64,000 bases of DNA, from the NCBI GenBank assembly GCA_024233215.1, contig JACKPW010000001.1, positions 91,734 through 155,733 of the forward strand, read 5' to 3'. Shown in pieces: positions 19,135 to 28,644 of this stretch (the first letter of the stretch is position 1; every line of letters starts with the position of its first letter). The translations under genes were made by a program, and so were the position numbers. The DNA is from Verrucomicrobiales bacterium (lineage in GTDB: Bacteria; Verrucomicrobiota; Verrucomicrobiia; Limisphaerales; J093). The notes under the pieces are model-generated. The model had not been told where the DNA came from. It searched no databases and saw only the letters and a program-made list of their open reading frames with translations.

Positions 19135-21024
19135 ATGACGACGATGATCAAACGACATCTTCACTTCCTGACCATTTCCGTTCTCGCCTCCGGCTGGCTG
19201 GTCGGCCGCGCGCAGCCTTACGAACCGAATTGGGATTCGCTCAAGCAACACCCGGACGCGCCCGAGTGGTTTCGCGACGCCAAGCTGGGCATCTACTTTC
19301 ATTGGGGCGTCTATTCGGTGCCCGCGTTTGCCAGCGAGTGGTATCCGCGGATGATGTTCCTCAAGGGCGACCGGGTGAACCTCCACCACATCGCCACTTA
19401 CGGGGACCCGGCGGAATACGGCTACGACAAGTTCGCGGAGCAGTGGAAGACGCCGAAGTTCGATGCCGCGGAATGGGCGGCGTTGTTCCAGCGGGCGGGG
19501 GCGCGCTTCGCCGGCCCGGTGGCGGAGCATCATGACGGCTTCTCCCTTTGGAACAGTGCCGTGACTCCCTGGAACGCCGTGAACAAGGGACCGCATCGGG
19601 ACATTGTCGGGGAACTCGGGGCGGCCATGCGCGCGCAGGGCCTGAAGTTCATCACCACCTTCCACCACGCCCGCAATCACTACGGCCACTTCGACGGGAT
19701 GGTGAAGGACTACCCGCAGGCGATGGCCGATCCCGAGGTGGCGATCCTCTACGGGCAGATGCCCACCCCCAAGTTCCACGAATTCTGGTTGGCCAAGCTC
19801 AAGGAGGTCATCGACCAGTATCAGCCCGACATCATGTGGTTCGACAGTTGGCTCGACCAGATTCCGGAGGACTATCGGCAGCGGTTCTGCGCCTATTACC
19901 TGAACTCAGCGGCCCAGTGGGGCAGGGAGGTCGTGATCGTCCGCAAACAAAATGACCTGCCCATCGAGTTCACCGTCAACGACCACGAGAAATCGCGGGA
20001 GAGCAAATCATCACCACGGGTTTGGATGACCGACGACACCATCAGCACGGGCAGTTGGTGTTACACCCAGGACCTCAAGATCAAACCGGCCTCGAAGGTG
20101 ATCCACGCCCTCATCGACACCGTGGCGAAGAACGGGGTCGTTCTGCTGAACATCTCCCCGATGGCCGATGGCACCATCCCGGATGATCAGCGCGGCGTGC
20201 TGGAGGAACTCGGCGACTGGCTGCGGGTGAACGGCGAGGGGATCTACGCGACGCGCCCGTGGAAGGTGTTCGGCGAAGGTCCGACCGTGGAGCCCGAAGG
20301 CGGCTTCTCGGCGAGTGGTAAATTCCTGCGACTGGAGTATTCGGCGGAGGACATCCGTTACACGCAGAGCAAGGACGGTCGCACGCTGTACGCGTTCACG
20401 CTGGGGTGGCCCGGGGGCGAGATCGTGTTTTCCGCCGTCAAGATCAGGTCGGCCGGGCCGATGGCCAGAGTTCGGATGTTGGGTGGTCAGGAAGACCTGA
20501 AGTATTCGTTGAACGATCAGGGAAGGCTGGTGGTTCATCTGCCGGACCTGCCGGAAGCGAATCGGCCGGCGCGCCATGCCTTTGGCTTCGAGTTGACCGG
20601 GTTTGACATCGAGGCGGCCCGGCCGATCCGGCACGTGCCGCCCGTGGTGCTGTCGGCTGATCAAGCCGTATTGGACGGCGCCGCGATCGCGGTTGAGCAG
20701 AAGAACGGCCGGCCGAACATTGGCTTCTGGGACAACCCGTCCGAGAGTGCCCACTGGCTCGTCAAGATCCCCGAACCCGGCACCTACGCGGTGGAGGGCG
20801 AGTTCGCGGCGACGTCCGGCAACAGCCGCCTGATCCTCCGTTGCGGCGATCAAGCGATCGCGTTCAAGGCGCCCAATACCGGGGACTTCGGGAGGACTCT
20901 GAAGGCCGGGGTGGGGGAACTCACCTTCGATCAAGCCGGGGTCCAGCATCTGGTTCTCGCCGCGAATCCAGCCGGCTGGCGCGCCGTGAACGTCTGGCAA
21001 CTCCAGTTGACTTTCCGGCCCTGA
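19135..21024 (+). CDS. alpha-L-fucosidase, GH29, with C-terminal carbohydrate-binding-like domain
   Basis: In-frame ATG 19135 (MTTMIKRHLHFLTISVLASGWLVGRA, signal). GH29 signatures GIYFHWGVYSVPAF, AEHHDGFSLW, IMWFDSW. Start overlaps/abuts the previous stop. Confidence 0.85.
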   Translation: MTTMIKRHLHFLTISVLASGWLVGRAQPYEPNWDSLKQHPDAPEWFRDAKLGIYFHWGVYSVPAFASEWYPRMMFLKGDRVNLHHIATYGDPAEYGYDKFAEQWKTPKFDAAEWAALFQRAGARFAGPVAEHHDGFSLWNSAVTPWNAVNKGPHRDIVGELGAAMRAQGLKFITTFHHARNHYGHFDGMVKDYPQAMADPEVAILYGQMPTPKFHEFWLAKLKEVIDQYQPDIMWFDSWLDQIPEDYRQRFCAYYLNSAAQWGREVVIVRKQNDLPIEFTVNDHEKSRESKSSPRVWMTDDTISTGSWCYTQDLKIKPASKVIHALIDTVAKNGVVLLNISPMADGTIPDDQRGVLEELGDWLRVNGEGIYATRPWKVFGEGPTVEPEGGFSASGKFLRLEYSAEDIRYTQSKDGRTLYAFTLGWPGGEIVFSAVKIRSAGPMARVRMLGGQEDLKYSLNDQGRLVVHLPDLPEANRPARHAFGFELTGFDIEAARPIRHVPPVVLSADQAVLDGAAIAVEQKNGRPNIGFWDNPSESAHWLVKIPEPGTYAVEGEFAATSGNSRLILRCGDQAIAFKAPNTGDFGRTLKAGVGELTFDQAGVQHLVLAANPAGWRAVNVWQLQLTFRP

Positions 21025-21043
21025 ACCGGACCTTACGCCCGCA

Positions 21044-22780
21044 ATGAAACGCTTACTGTCCCGTCTCGTTGGTACCTGTCTGGCCGCCGGACTTCTTCAA
21101 GGTGCGGCCCGCCCGAATGTCATTCTCGTGATGAGTGATGACCAGGGCTATGGCGACGTGGCGTGTCTTGGCAACACGATGATCCACACGCCAAACCTGG
21201 ACCGGTTACACGGGCAAAGCGTGCGGCTGACGAACTTCCACGTGGACCCGACCTGTTCGCCGACGCGATCCGCGTTGATGACGGGGCATTACTCCACGCG
21301 TGCCGGAGTGTGGCACACCATTGCCGGCCGTTCGCTGCTCTACGCCGATGAAGTGACGATGGCCGACGTCTTTGCCGCGGCGGGCTATGCGACCGGCGTC
21401 TTCGGCAAGTGGCACCTGGGTGACAACTATCCGATGCGCCCGCAGGACCGGGGTTTTCAGGAAGTCCTGGTTCTGGGCGGGGGCGGGATCGGACAGACCC
21501 CGGATTACTGGGGTAACGACTACTTCGACGACACGTATTGGCACAACGGCCGGTTGGAGAAGGAAATGGGTTATTGCACGGACGTGTTCTTCGATCATGC
21601 GCTGAAGTTCATCGACAACCGCCGGGACCGTCCGTTCTTTCTCTACCTGCCCACCAACGTCGCCCATGGGCCGTTCAACGTCGCAGATAGCTACAGCAAG
21701 CCCTATCGCGACCGGGGCGTTCCCGCTACCATGGCGAACTTCTACGGCATGATCGACAACCTCGACGAGAACGTGGGGCGGTTGTTGACGCATCTTGAAC
21801 AAGTCGGTTTGGCGGAGAACACCATCCTCATCTTCATGACCGACAACGGCACCGCCGCGGGGGTGGCCAATCCGAACCGGCAGCAAACGGCCGGGGGCAA
21901 CGCCCCAACGTGGACCGGGTTCAACGCGGGAATGCGCGGTCAGAAGGGATCCCAATACGAAGGCGGCCACCGGGTGCCGTGTTTCTGGCGCTGGCCGGCG
22001 GGTGGGATTGGGGGAGGCAAGGACGTGGGGCGGTTGGCGGCCCATTTCGATCTGTTGCCGACGCTGATCGAGTTGTGCGGGCTGAGCAAACCGCCGGGCG
22101 TGCACTTCGATGGCCGCAGCCTGGCGCCGTTGCTCAAGGGGCAGGAAGCGGGCTGGCCGGACCGAACGCTATTCGTCAGCGTCCAGCGCCAGGAGCTCCC
22201 GCCGAAATGGGTTCGCAGCGCCGCGATGACGGATCGCTGGCGGCTGGTCAACGGGGAAGAGCTTTACGACCTGCCGGCCGATCCCGGTCAGCAGGCGGAT
22301 GTCGCCGCGAAGCATCCCGAGGTCGTGGCCTCTCTGCGCGCTGCCTACGAGGATTGGTGGTCAGACATGCAGCCGGCGATGGCGCGCTACGCAAGAATCG
22401 TGGTGGGTGCTCCGGAGGCAAACCCCACGAGCCTGACCTGCCACGACTGGCATTCGGACCAGGTGCCCTGGAACCAGGGCGCGATCCGGTCGGCTCCGTG
22501 GGCGAATGGCTGGTGGGCGATCGAGGTCGCCCGGCCGGGAACGTACGAGTTCACGCTGCGGCAACAACCGGCGGAAGCCGCGTTTCCCATCCAGGCCACG
22601 CAGGCGCGGGTCAGGGTGGGGGAAGCGGAGACCGCTGCGAGCGTGCCTGCGGGCGCAACCAGCGTGACTCTGACCCTCGACCTGCAGCCCGGTTCCGCGC
22701 GTCTCGAAACGTCGTTCACGGATGAAGAGGCCGGCAAATCGCGCGGCGCCTTCTATATCGATATCAACCGCAAGGACTAA
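21044..22780 (+). CDS. S1-family sulfatase
   Basis: Signal peptide. PNVILVMSDDQGYGDV. VDPTCSPTRSALMTGHY (CxPxR). Confidence 0.9.
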   Translation: MKRLLSRLVGTCLAAGLLQGAARPNVILVMSDDQGYGDVACLGNTMIHTPNLDRLHGQSVRLTNFHVDPTCSPTRSALMTGHYSTRAGVWHTIAGRSLLYADEVTMADVFAAAGYATGVFGKWHLGDNYPMRPQDRGFQEVLVLGGGGIGQTPDYWGNDYFDDTYWHNGRLEKEMGYCTDVFFDHALKFIDNRRDRPFFLYLPTNVAHGPFNVADSYSKPYRDRGVPATMANFYGMIDNLDENVGRLLTHLEQVGLAENTILIFMTDNGTAAGVANPNRQQTAGGNAPTWTGFNAGMRGQKGSQYEGGHRVPCFWRWPAGGIGGGKDVGRLAAHFDLLPTLIELCGLSKPPGVHFDGRSLAPLLKGQEAGWPDRTLFVSVQRQELPPKWVRSAAMTDRWRLVNGEELYDLPADPGQQADVAAKHPEVVASLRAAYEDWWSDMQPAMARYARIVVGAPEANPTSLTCHDWHSDQVPWNQGAIRSAPWANGWWAIEVARPGTYEFTLRQQPAEAAFPIQATQARVRVGEAETAASVPAGATSVTLTLDLQPGSARLETSFTDEEAGKSRGAFYIDINRKD

Positions 22781-22800
22781 CTCACATCCTTACAGGGGAG

Positions 22801-22955
22801 GGAACCACGAAATCCACCAATTGCACGAAAGCAGCGGGAAGCTGCGGTCCGCGTCATGGTCTGCGGAATCACCGTTCGGTGATCGGGGCTGAGCCACGAG
22901 ACCATCGGCAGCGACTCGCGTTTCCTTTCGTGTAATTCGTGTGTTTCGTGGTTCC
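22801..22955. repeat. intergenic palindromic element, copy C
   Basis: Left GGAACCACGAAATCCACCAATTGCACGAAAG (22801-22831). Right CTTTCGTGTAATTCGTGTGTTTCGTGGTTCC (22925-22955), an imperfect reverse complement. Directly after the sulfatase stop. Confidence 0.7.
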
Positions 22956-23111
22956 ATTGAATCGATGCCTCGAAGATTGTCCGAAAACTCCCAGAACCAC
23001 GTAGCCGACGTGAGGAGGCTGATTCACACCGCTCAGACCACGGGTGGTCCATGGTCTTGAGCCTCCTCACGTCAGCAGCCACGGTTTCTTAAACTCCCTC
23101 TCGAAACCATC

Positions 23112-24635
23112 ATGCGAATTCCAGCACTTCTCTTCTCACTCTGCGGCGTTCTGACCCTGGGTGCTTTGGCTGCCGATCGACCGAACCTCCTCTTCATCGT
23201 CGTCGACGACCAATCGCCGTTCGACCTGAGAGTCTACGATCCGAACTCCGCCTTGCAGACCCCCACCTTGGACCGGTTGGCCGCGGAGGGCATGGTCTTT
23301 GACGGGGCCTACCACATGGGGTCGTTCAGTGGCGCTGTTTGCACGCCGTCCCGGCACATGATCATGAGCGGGCGCACGGTGTGGCACCTGCCGATCGGCC
23401 CCACCCGTGCGGAGCATTGTCCGCCCAATCTCGAAACGAACACGTTGGCCGCCGTCTTCAACCGGGCCGGCTACGCCACCATGCGCACCTGCAAGAAGGG
23501 GAACTCGTACCAGGCCGCCAACCAGCAGTTCACCGTGCGACATGACGCGGACAAGCGAGGGGGGACGGACGAGAGCGGCAGTGCCTGGCACGCCGAGCAG
23601 GTGTTAAACTACCTCAATGACCGCGAGGCCGGGGGGGACAAGACGCCGTTCCTGATCTACTTCGGGTTCTCCCATCCGCATGACACTCGAGACGGCAAAC
23701 CGGAGCTGCTGGCGAAATATGGCGCCGTGAATCATCGCGACCGCGACTCGTTCCCGCCGGCGAATCCGAAGCAGCCGAAACTTCCCCCCAACTACCTCCC
23801 GGCGCATCCGTTTCATCACGGCCATCCCGGCCTGCGCGACGAGGTCAACGTCAGCGGCGTGTGGCGAAACCGCGACGAGCAGACCATCCGCAACGAACTG
23901 GGGCGGGAGTTTGCCTGCAGCGAGAACATCGATATTCAGATCGCACGGGTGCTGGGCAAACTGAAGGCGATGGGGGAGTTGGAAAACACCTACATCTTCT
24001 ACACGGCCGACCATGGGATTGCGATTGGCCGACACGGCTTGCAGGGCAAGCAGAACCTCTATCAGCACACCTGGCGGGTTCCTTTCATTGCCTGGGGGCC
24101 GGGCATCAAGGCCGGTTCGCGTGTCCCGGGGAACATCTACCTGCTCGACACCCTGGCCACACTTTGCGATCTCGCCGGCATCCGGGCTCCGGACACCAAC
24201 GAGGGACTGAGCTTCAAGCCGGTGCTCTTTGGGCGACAGGAGACCGTGCGCGATGTGCTTTACGGCGTCTACAACGGCGGCACCAAACCCGGGATGCGAT
24301 GCGTGAAACAGGGCGACTGGAAACTCATCAAGTACGACGTGCTCGACGGCAAGGTGAGACAGACGCAGTTGTTCAATCTCGCGGAGAACCCCAACGAACT
24401 GCTGCTGCAACATCAGGATCCGAACGTCATCCGCTTGACCGGTATCACGCCGACTCTCGGGCAGGTGAACCTCGCCCGGGACCCTCGCTACGCGGACAAA
24501 CTCGCCGAGATGGAGGCCCTGTTGCTCGCCGAGATGCGGCGCGTGGACGATCCCTACCGCCTCTGGGATCAGCCGGATGACGGCTTGATTTCGCCCGAAC
24601 AGCAGCAGGACCAGGGACCCAGGGCGTCGCAGTAA
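23112..24635 (+). CDS. S1-family sulfatase
   Basis: Signal peptide. PNLLFIVVDDQSPFD. GAVCTPSRHMIMSGRT (CxPxR). Confidence 0.9.
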   Translation: MRIPALLFSLCGVLTLGALAADRPNLLFIVVDDQSPFDLRVYDPNSALQTPTLDRLAAEGMVFDGAYHMGSFSGAVCTPSRHMIMSGRTVWHLPIGPTRAEHCPPNLETNTLAAVFNRAGYATMRTCKKGNSYQAANQQFTVRHDADKRGGTDESGSAWHAEQVLNYLNDREAGGDKTPFLIYFGFSHPHDTRDGKPELLAKYGAVNHRDRDSFPPANPKQPKLPPNYLPAHPFHHGHPGLRDEVNVSGVWRNRDEQTIRNELGREFACSENIDIQIARVLGKLKAMGELENTYIFYTADHGIAIGRHGLQGKQNLYQHTWRVPFIAWGPGIKAGSRVPGNIYLLDTLATLCDLAGIRAPDTNEGLSFKPVLFGRQETVRDVLYGVYNGGTKPGMRCVKQGDWKLIKYDVLDGKVRQTQLFNLAENPNELLLQHQDPNVIRLTGITPTLGQVNLARDPRYADKLAEMEALLLAEMRRVDDPYRLWDQPDDGLISPEQQQDQGPRASQ

Positions 24636-24685
24636 CAAGCCGGGGTTGGGATTCCACCGACATCGCTGATTACATTTGTCAAGTC

Positions 24686-26047
24686 ATGCGAATGCCCCTC
24701 CCTCTCTTCAGGCTGAACCGTGGTGCCGGCTCTCCCTGTGGGGTGCCGGCTGGAAACTCAGCGCGACAAGGTCTCAACAGCCCACGAGGGCGAGGCGCAC
24801 ACCTGGTCCGGGGGGTGCTCCTGGCAACCGTTGCGTTGCTGCCGGTCACGGGGCAGGCAGCCGACGAAGGCGGCTTTCCCTACATCCTGCCGATGTCCAA
24901 GCCCGCCCGCCCGCTGAGTGCGGCGATGGAGCGGCTTTACGACGACTATTCCGCCCCGACTCCGGAATCGAACGAACTCTACTCCACCTTCAAATTCACG
25001 CCCTTGGAAGGGCTCGACTACCACGATGGCGACGGGACCATCTCCCGCCGCGACCCCTCCAAGGTCATTCGTGCCAACGGCAGGTATTATGTCTGGTACA
25101 CGCATCGCCAGACATCAACGCCGCCGCGTGGAGCTGAACTCGGCACGGACACCGTGCCGTCCACCGATTGGGACCTGGCGGAAATCTGGTACGCCACCAG
25201 CGAGGACGGATTCCACTGGGAGGAGCAGGGGGTGGCGGTTCCTCGCCCGCCCAAGCCCCATCCGGGTTGGCGTTCCGTTTCGACCACCGACATCCTGATC
25301 TGGAAGGGAAAGTACTACCTGTACTACCAGGGCTTCCTGGAAATGTCGGGCCGGCGGGGCGATGACTGTCCGGTGGCGGTATCCGTGGCGGATTCGCCCG
25401 ACGGACCCTGGGAGGCGATGAACCGGATCGTGATCCCCAACGGTGCGCCGGGGGAGTGGGATCAGCACTCCATCCACGATCCGTATCCGCTCGTGTACCA
25501 GGGGCGCATCTACCTCTATTACAAGTCGGACTTCAACAATGCGTCGCCCCACGTGCGGGGGCACGGGTTGGCAATTGCGGACGATCCGCTCGGCCCGTTC
25601 ACGAAACACCCGCTGAACCCGATCATGAACTCGGGCCACGAGACCACGTTGTTCCCGTTCCGGCAGGGGATTGCCGCCTTCGCGATCCACAACGGGCTTG
25701 AGCATAACACCATACAATACGCCCCCGACGGCGTGAACTTCCGGATCGCCGCCGTTTCCAGCCTGATGCCCGTGGCGGCCGGCCCCTATGTGCCCGACGC
25801 GTTCACTGACACCAAGGACGGCCGCGGCATCACCTGGGGCCTCTGCCACATCACCGCCGTCGGCCCCCCGGACAAGCGCTACAGCATCCTGGCCCGGTTC
25901 GACTGCGACCTGAGCCGCGACTGGGACGATCCCCGGATGAAGCAGACCGACCTCTTCCTCAAACCGGAGGAGTACTTCTCCCAGGGCCTCTGGCGCAACC
26001 AACGCGAACGCATCGAACGTGCGAATCGCGAAGCCCTTGGCGAATAG
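24686..26047 (+). CDS. five-bladed beta-propeller glycoside hydrolase (GH43/GH117-like)
   Basis: RRDPSKVIRANGRYYVWYT (typical GH43-type DP motif). Repeated blade motifs WYATSEDGFHWEE, KGKYYLYYQG, GRIYLYYKSD. Start uncertain. Confidence 0.6.
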   Translation: MRMPLPLFRLNRGAGSPCGVPAGNSARQGLNSPRGRGAHLVRGVLLATVALLPVTGQAADEGGFPYILPMSKPARPLSAAMERLYDDYSAPTPESNELYSTFKFTPLEGLDYHDGDGTISRRDPSKVIRANGRYYVWYTHRQTSTPPRGAELGTDTVPSTDWDLAEIWYATSEDGFHWEEQGVAVPRPPKPHPGWRSVSTTDILIWKGKYYLYYQGFLEMSGRRGDDCPVAVSVADSPDGPWEAMNRIVIPNGAPGEWDQHSIHDPYPLVYQGRIYLYYKSDFNNASPHVRGHGLAIADDPLGPFTKHPLNPIMNSGHETTLFPFRQGIAAFAIHNGLEHNTIQYAPDGVNFRIAAVSSLMPVAAGPYVPDAFTDTKDGRGITWGLCHITAVGPPDKRYSILARFDCDLSRDWDDPRMKQTDLFLKPEEYFSQGLWRNQRERIERANREALGE

Positions 26048-26300
26048 TCGCAATGCGAAGGGTTACGAGGCGTTCCGCCGGGTGCGTCGCTTGGAGCACC
26101 CCGGGGGAGTTGGTGATCGTAGCGACACCCGAATACGTTATCGTCCGCAAGCTTGAGTACCACCGTCAGGGGGGATCCGGGAAGCACCTGCGGGATCTCC
26201 GAGCGATGATGGCCGTGTCCCGATCACAGTTGGACCGGGCGGAGATTCACCGGCGCGGTTTCGATAAGGAATGGCGCTCGACGATCGGGTGACCCTTCCA

Positions 26301-27647
26301 TCAGCCAACGCTCCACGGTTCCCGGAGGAGACGTTCCAAACGACGGTTCGCCTCCTCACTGTTGGCAAAGCGCTCTTTCCCGGGGGCCCACTGGAGTTTC
26401 TCGCCGGTCTCAATGGCGATCAAGCCGAGTTGACACAGGCTGTTGGTGCGATGGCCGGTCTCCGCGGGGATCAGGGTCGGCCGGCCCTTTGCGATGCCGT
26501 CGATGAAATCCAGTTTCTCATTCACTTGCCGTGACGTGAAACCATCCGGTTCGAGCGGAGCCTGGGTGATGTCCGGATGGCTGGCCGTAACTCCCTTCCA
26601 CCACTCCGCTTCCACCCAGCCGGCCGTGCCCTCGAACCGGATGAATGGCCGACCCGCCATGCGGTAGTGCAGTCGGATGCCGTCGGCGTAGGCATAGTCG
26701 ACTTCAAACGCACTCAAGACGCCGGACAAGCCGCTCGCGGGATGGAAGGTCCCTTTGCCTTCCACCTGAATCGGCCCGGTGCGTTCGGTCCCCAGTGTCC
26801 ACTGGACGATGTCGAGCAGGTGCGTCCCCCAGTTGCAGATCATGCCGTCGCAGTAATCGCGGATGAGCATCCAGCCGGGACGCGCGCCGTGGTTCTTGGG
26901 GGTATGCACCCGTTTCTCAGTGTAGGGAGCCTTCGGTGCGGGCCCCAGCCACATCGGGTAGTCGAGTTCGTCCGGAACCGGTGTGGGGGCTTGCACAGGG
27001 ACCGGAGCCTGCTCCTCGGGCACGCCGGCGATGACAGTCTGGACTTGGCCGATTCTCCCCGTGCGGACGATCTGTCGCAGTTGCCGGAAATCCTTCGAAC
27101 TGCGCACCTCGGTGTCCGTCCGGAAGACGCAGCGGTTCGCTTGAACGGCGTCGGCGATGGCACGGCCTTGCCGGATCGACAACGAAATGGGCTTTTCCAA
27201 CGCGACGTGCTTGCCCGCTTTCGCGGCGGCGACGGCCATCACGGCATGCCAATGATCGGGGCTTGAGATCATGACCGCGTCCACATCACTTCGAGCCAGC
27301 ACATCGCGGAAGTCCCCGGTGGTCAGGCAGCCGCGGTAGCCGCTCGGCCGGTTCGCGGAGTAGTGGTTCTCAACCCGCTGCAGCCCTTGCTGGAGGCGCC
27401 ACTGGTCCACGTCGCAGAGCGCCACGACCTGCGTCTCCGGTGAGGCCAGAAACGGCAGCAGGTTCGCATGGTACGCCTGTCGGCCCAGGCCAAGGAAGGC
27501 CACCCCGATCCGGCTGTTCGGGGCGTTTTGCCCCAGAATGCCCGGCGGGGCGAAGGCCGGGGCGCTGACCAGGGCGGTCGCGGTCAGCAGGGATTTCTTC
27601 AGGAACTGACGGCGGTTGGCTTGCGGGAGTTGGGGGCTCGTGGACAT
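26301..27647 (-). CDS. Gfo/Idh/MocA-family NAD(P)-dependent oxidoreductase with twin-arginine signal (GH109-like architecture)
   Basis: RRQFLKKSLLTATALVSAPAFA (TAT signal). Rossmann IGVAFLGLGRQA. EKP motif (HVALEKPISL). Confidence 0.8.
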   Translation of the reverse strand: MSTSPQLPQANRRQFLKKSLLTATALVSAPAFAPPGILGQNAPNSRIGVAFLGLGRQAYHANLLPFLASPETQVVALCDVDQWRLQQGLQRVENHYSANRPSGYRGCLTTGDFRDVLARSDVDAVMISSPDHWHAVMAVAAAKAGKHVALEKPISLSIRQGRAIADAVQANRCVFRTDTEVRSSKDFRQLRQIVRTGRIGQVQTVIAGVPEEQAPVPVQAPTPVPDELDYPMWLGPAPKAPYTEKRVHTPKNHGARPGWMLIRDYCDGMICNWGTHLLDIVQWTLGTERTGPIQVEGKGTFHPASGLSGVLSAFEVDYAYADGIRLHYRMAGRPFIRFEGTAGWVEAEWWKGVTASHPDITQAPLEPDGFTSRQVNEKLDFIDGIAKGRPTLIPAETGHRTNSLCQLGLIAIETGEKLQWAPGKERFANSEEANRRLERLLREPWSVG

Positions 27648-27724
27648 GGCAATTCTCGGGAGAACCTAACGAGGACCCGGCGGCGACACCACTGCTTTTT
27701 GAGGTGTATCCGTGCAGTGAAGGA

Positions 27725-27927
27725 AACCACGAATGAACCTGGAAACCGCAGATGAACGGGGATGAACGCAGATAAGTCCCTCGACGTGAGCCCCCCACGT
27801 CCGCCGGATGTCTTCACCCATTGGGTGTGACGCGAAAATCGCGCAAGTCCTTGGGTATCTGCGTCTATCTGTGTCGATCTGCGGTTCAACTGCTTTTTCT
27901 AGGATGAACACGAATCCACACGAAAGG
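27725..27927. repeat. intergenic palindromic element, copy D (divergent/composite variant with GATGAAC-type sub-repeats)
   Basis: AACCACGAATGAACC…CCGCAGATGAACGGGGATGAACGCAGATA (left) versus TATCTGCGTCTATCTGTGTCGATCTGCGG (right, ~22/29 reverse-complement match). Then CTGCTTTTT…GATGAACACGAATCCACACGAAAGG. The direct repeat ACTGCTTTTT occurs at 27691 and 27888. Confidence 0.55.
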
Positions 27928-27976
27928 CGGGTCGTTTCCCCGTGCCAAGGAGTGGGAGCTGCGTCCGGGAGGCGGA

Positions 27977-28411
27977 TTACCCGTCCTCGGATCTGAGCGT
28001 GGAAAACGGGTTCAGCAGCCGGGCGCCGGTGTTGCGGTATCCCGATTCGTCACGGCTGACCACGATGAGATCGTGAACCATCGCCGTCGCAGCGATCAGA
28101 GCGTTCAGGGTCGGCACGGGTTGCCGCAGCCCCATCCGGCCCCATTGGTTGGCCACCCGTTTGTCCACGCCGAGGATGCGATCCTCGAACTGCGTGCTCA
28201 GGCGCTGCAGCCATCGTTCCAACGTCGTGGCTTGGCGGGCGTCACGCTGCTTGATGCGTTCGATGCCCTGACGGATTTCCCCCAGCACCAGCACGCTCAC
28301 GAACAGGCCGTCAGGGTCCGCCGATTCGATCCAAGTCCGTACTCCCGGGTTGCAGCGGGCCGCTTTTCGAAGTTCGCTCAGGATGTTGGTGTCAAGCAGA
28401 TGGCCGTTCAT
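27977..28411 (-). CDS. vapC: PIN-domain toxin (VapC/FitB-like)
   Basis: MNGHLLDTNILSELRK… (conserved D at the PIN N-terminus). Further acidic residues. 144 aa. Confidence 0.85.
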   Translation of the reverse strand: MNGHLLDTNILSELRKAARCNPGVRTWIESADPDGLFVSVLVLGEIRQGIERIKQRDARQATTLERWLQRLSTQFEDRILGVDKRVANQWGRMGLRQPVPTLNALIAATAMVHDLIVVSRDESGYRNTGARLLNPFSTLRSEDG

Positions 28412-28644
28412 AACTCGACCGGGCGGGGAATCTGGGGGGCGCGCTGGAAATCAGCATCTTCGCCCACATCAGGCATCGAGAGCAGGAAGTCCCTGAAGGA
28501 TTGCCTTCCGCCGCCCGGTCCCAGCAACGCCTCACGCAGGATGCGCCGATGCTCTTCCTCCATCGAGACCCCGTGCTGACCGGCAAGTTGTTTCAACTTC
28601 TTCACCACGTTCTCATCGAGTTTTCTGACCAGGAGTTGCGGCAT
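28408..28644 (-). CDS. vapB: ribbon-helix-helix antitoxin (FitA/VapB-like)
   Basis: 78 aa. MPQLLVRKLDENVVKKLKQLAGQHGVSMEEEHRRILREAL is a typical FitA/Arc-type N-terminus. 4-nt overlap with the toxin start. Confidence 0.75.
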   Translation of the reverse strand: MPQLLVRKLDENVVKKLKQLAGQHGVSMEEEHRRILREALLGPGGGRQSFRDFLLSMPDVGEDADFQRAPQIPRPVEL

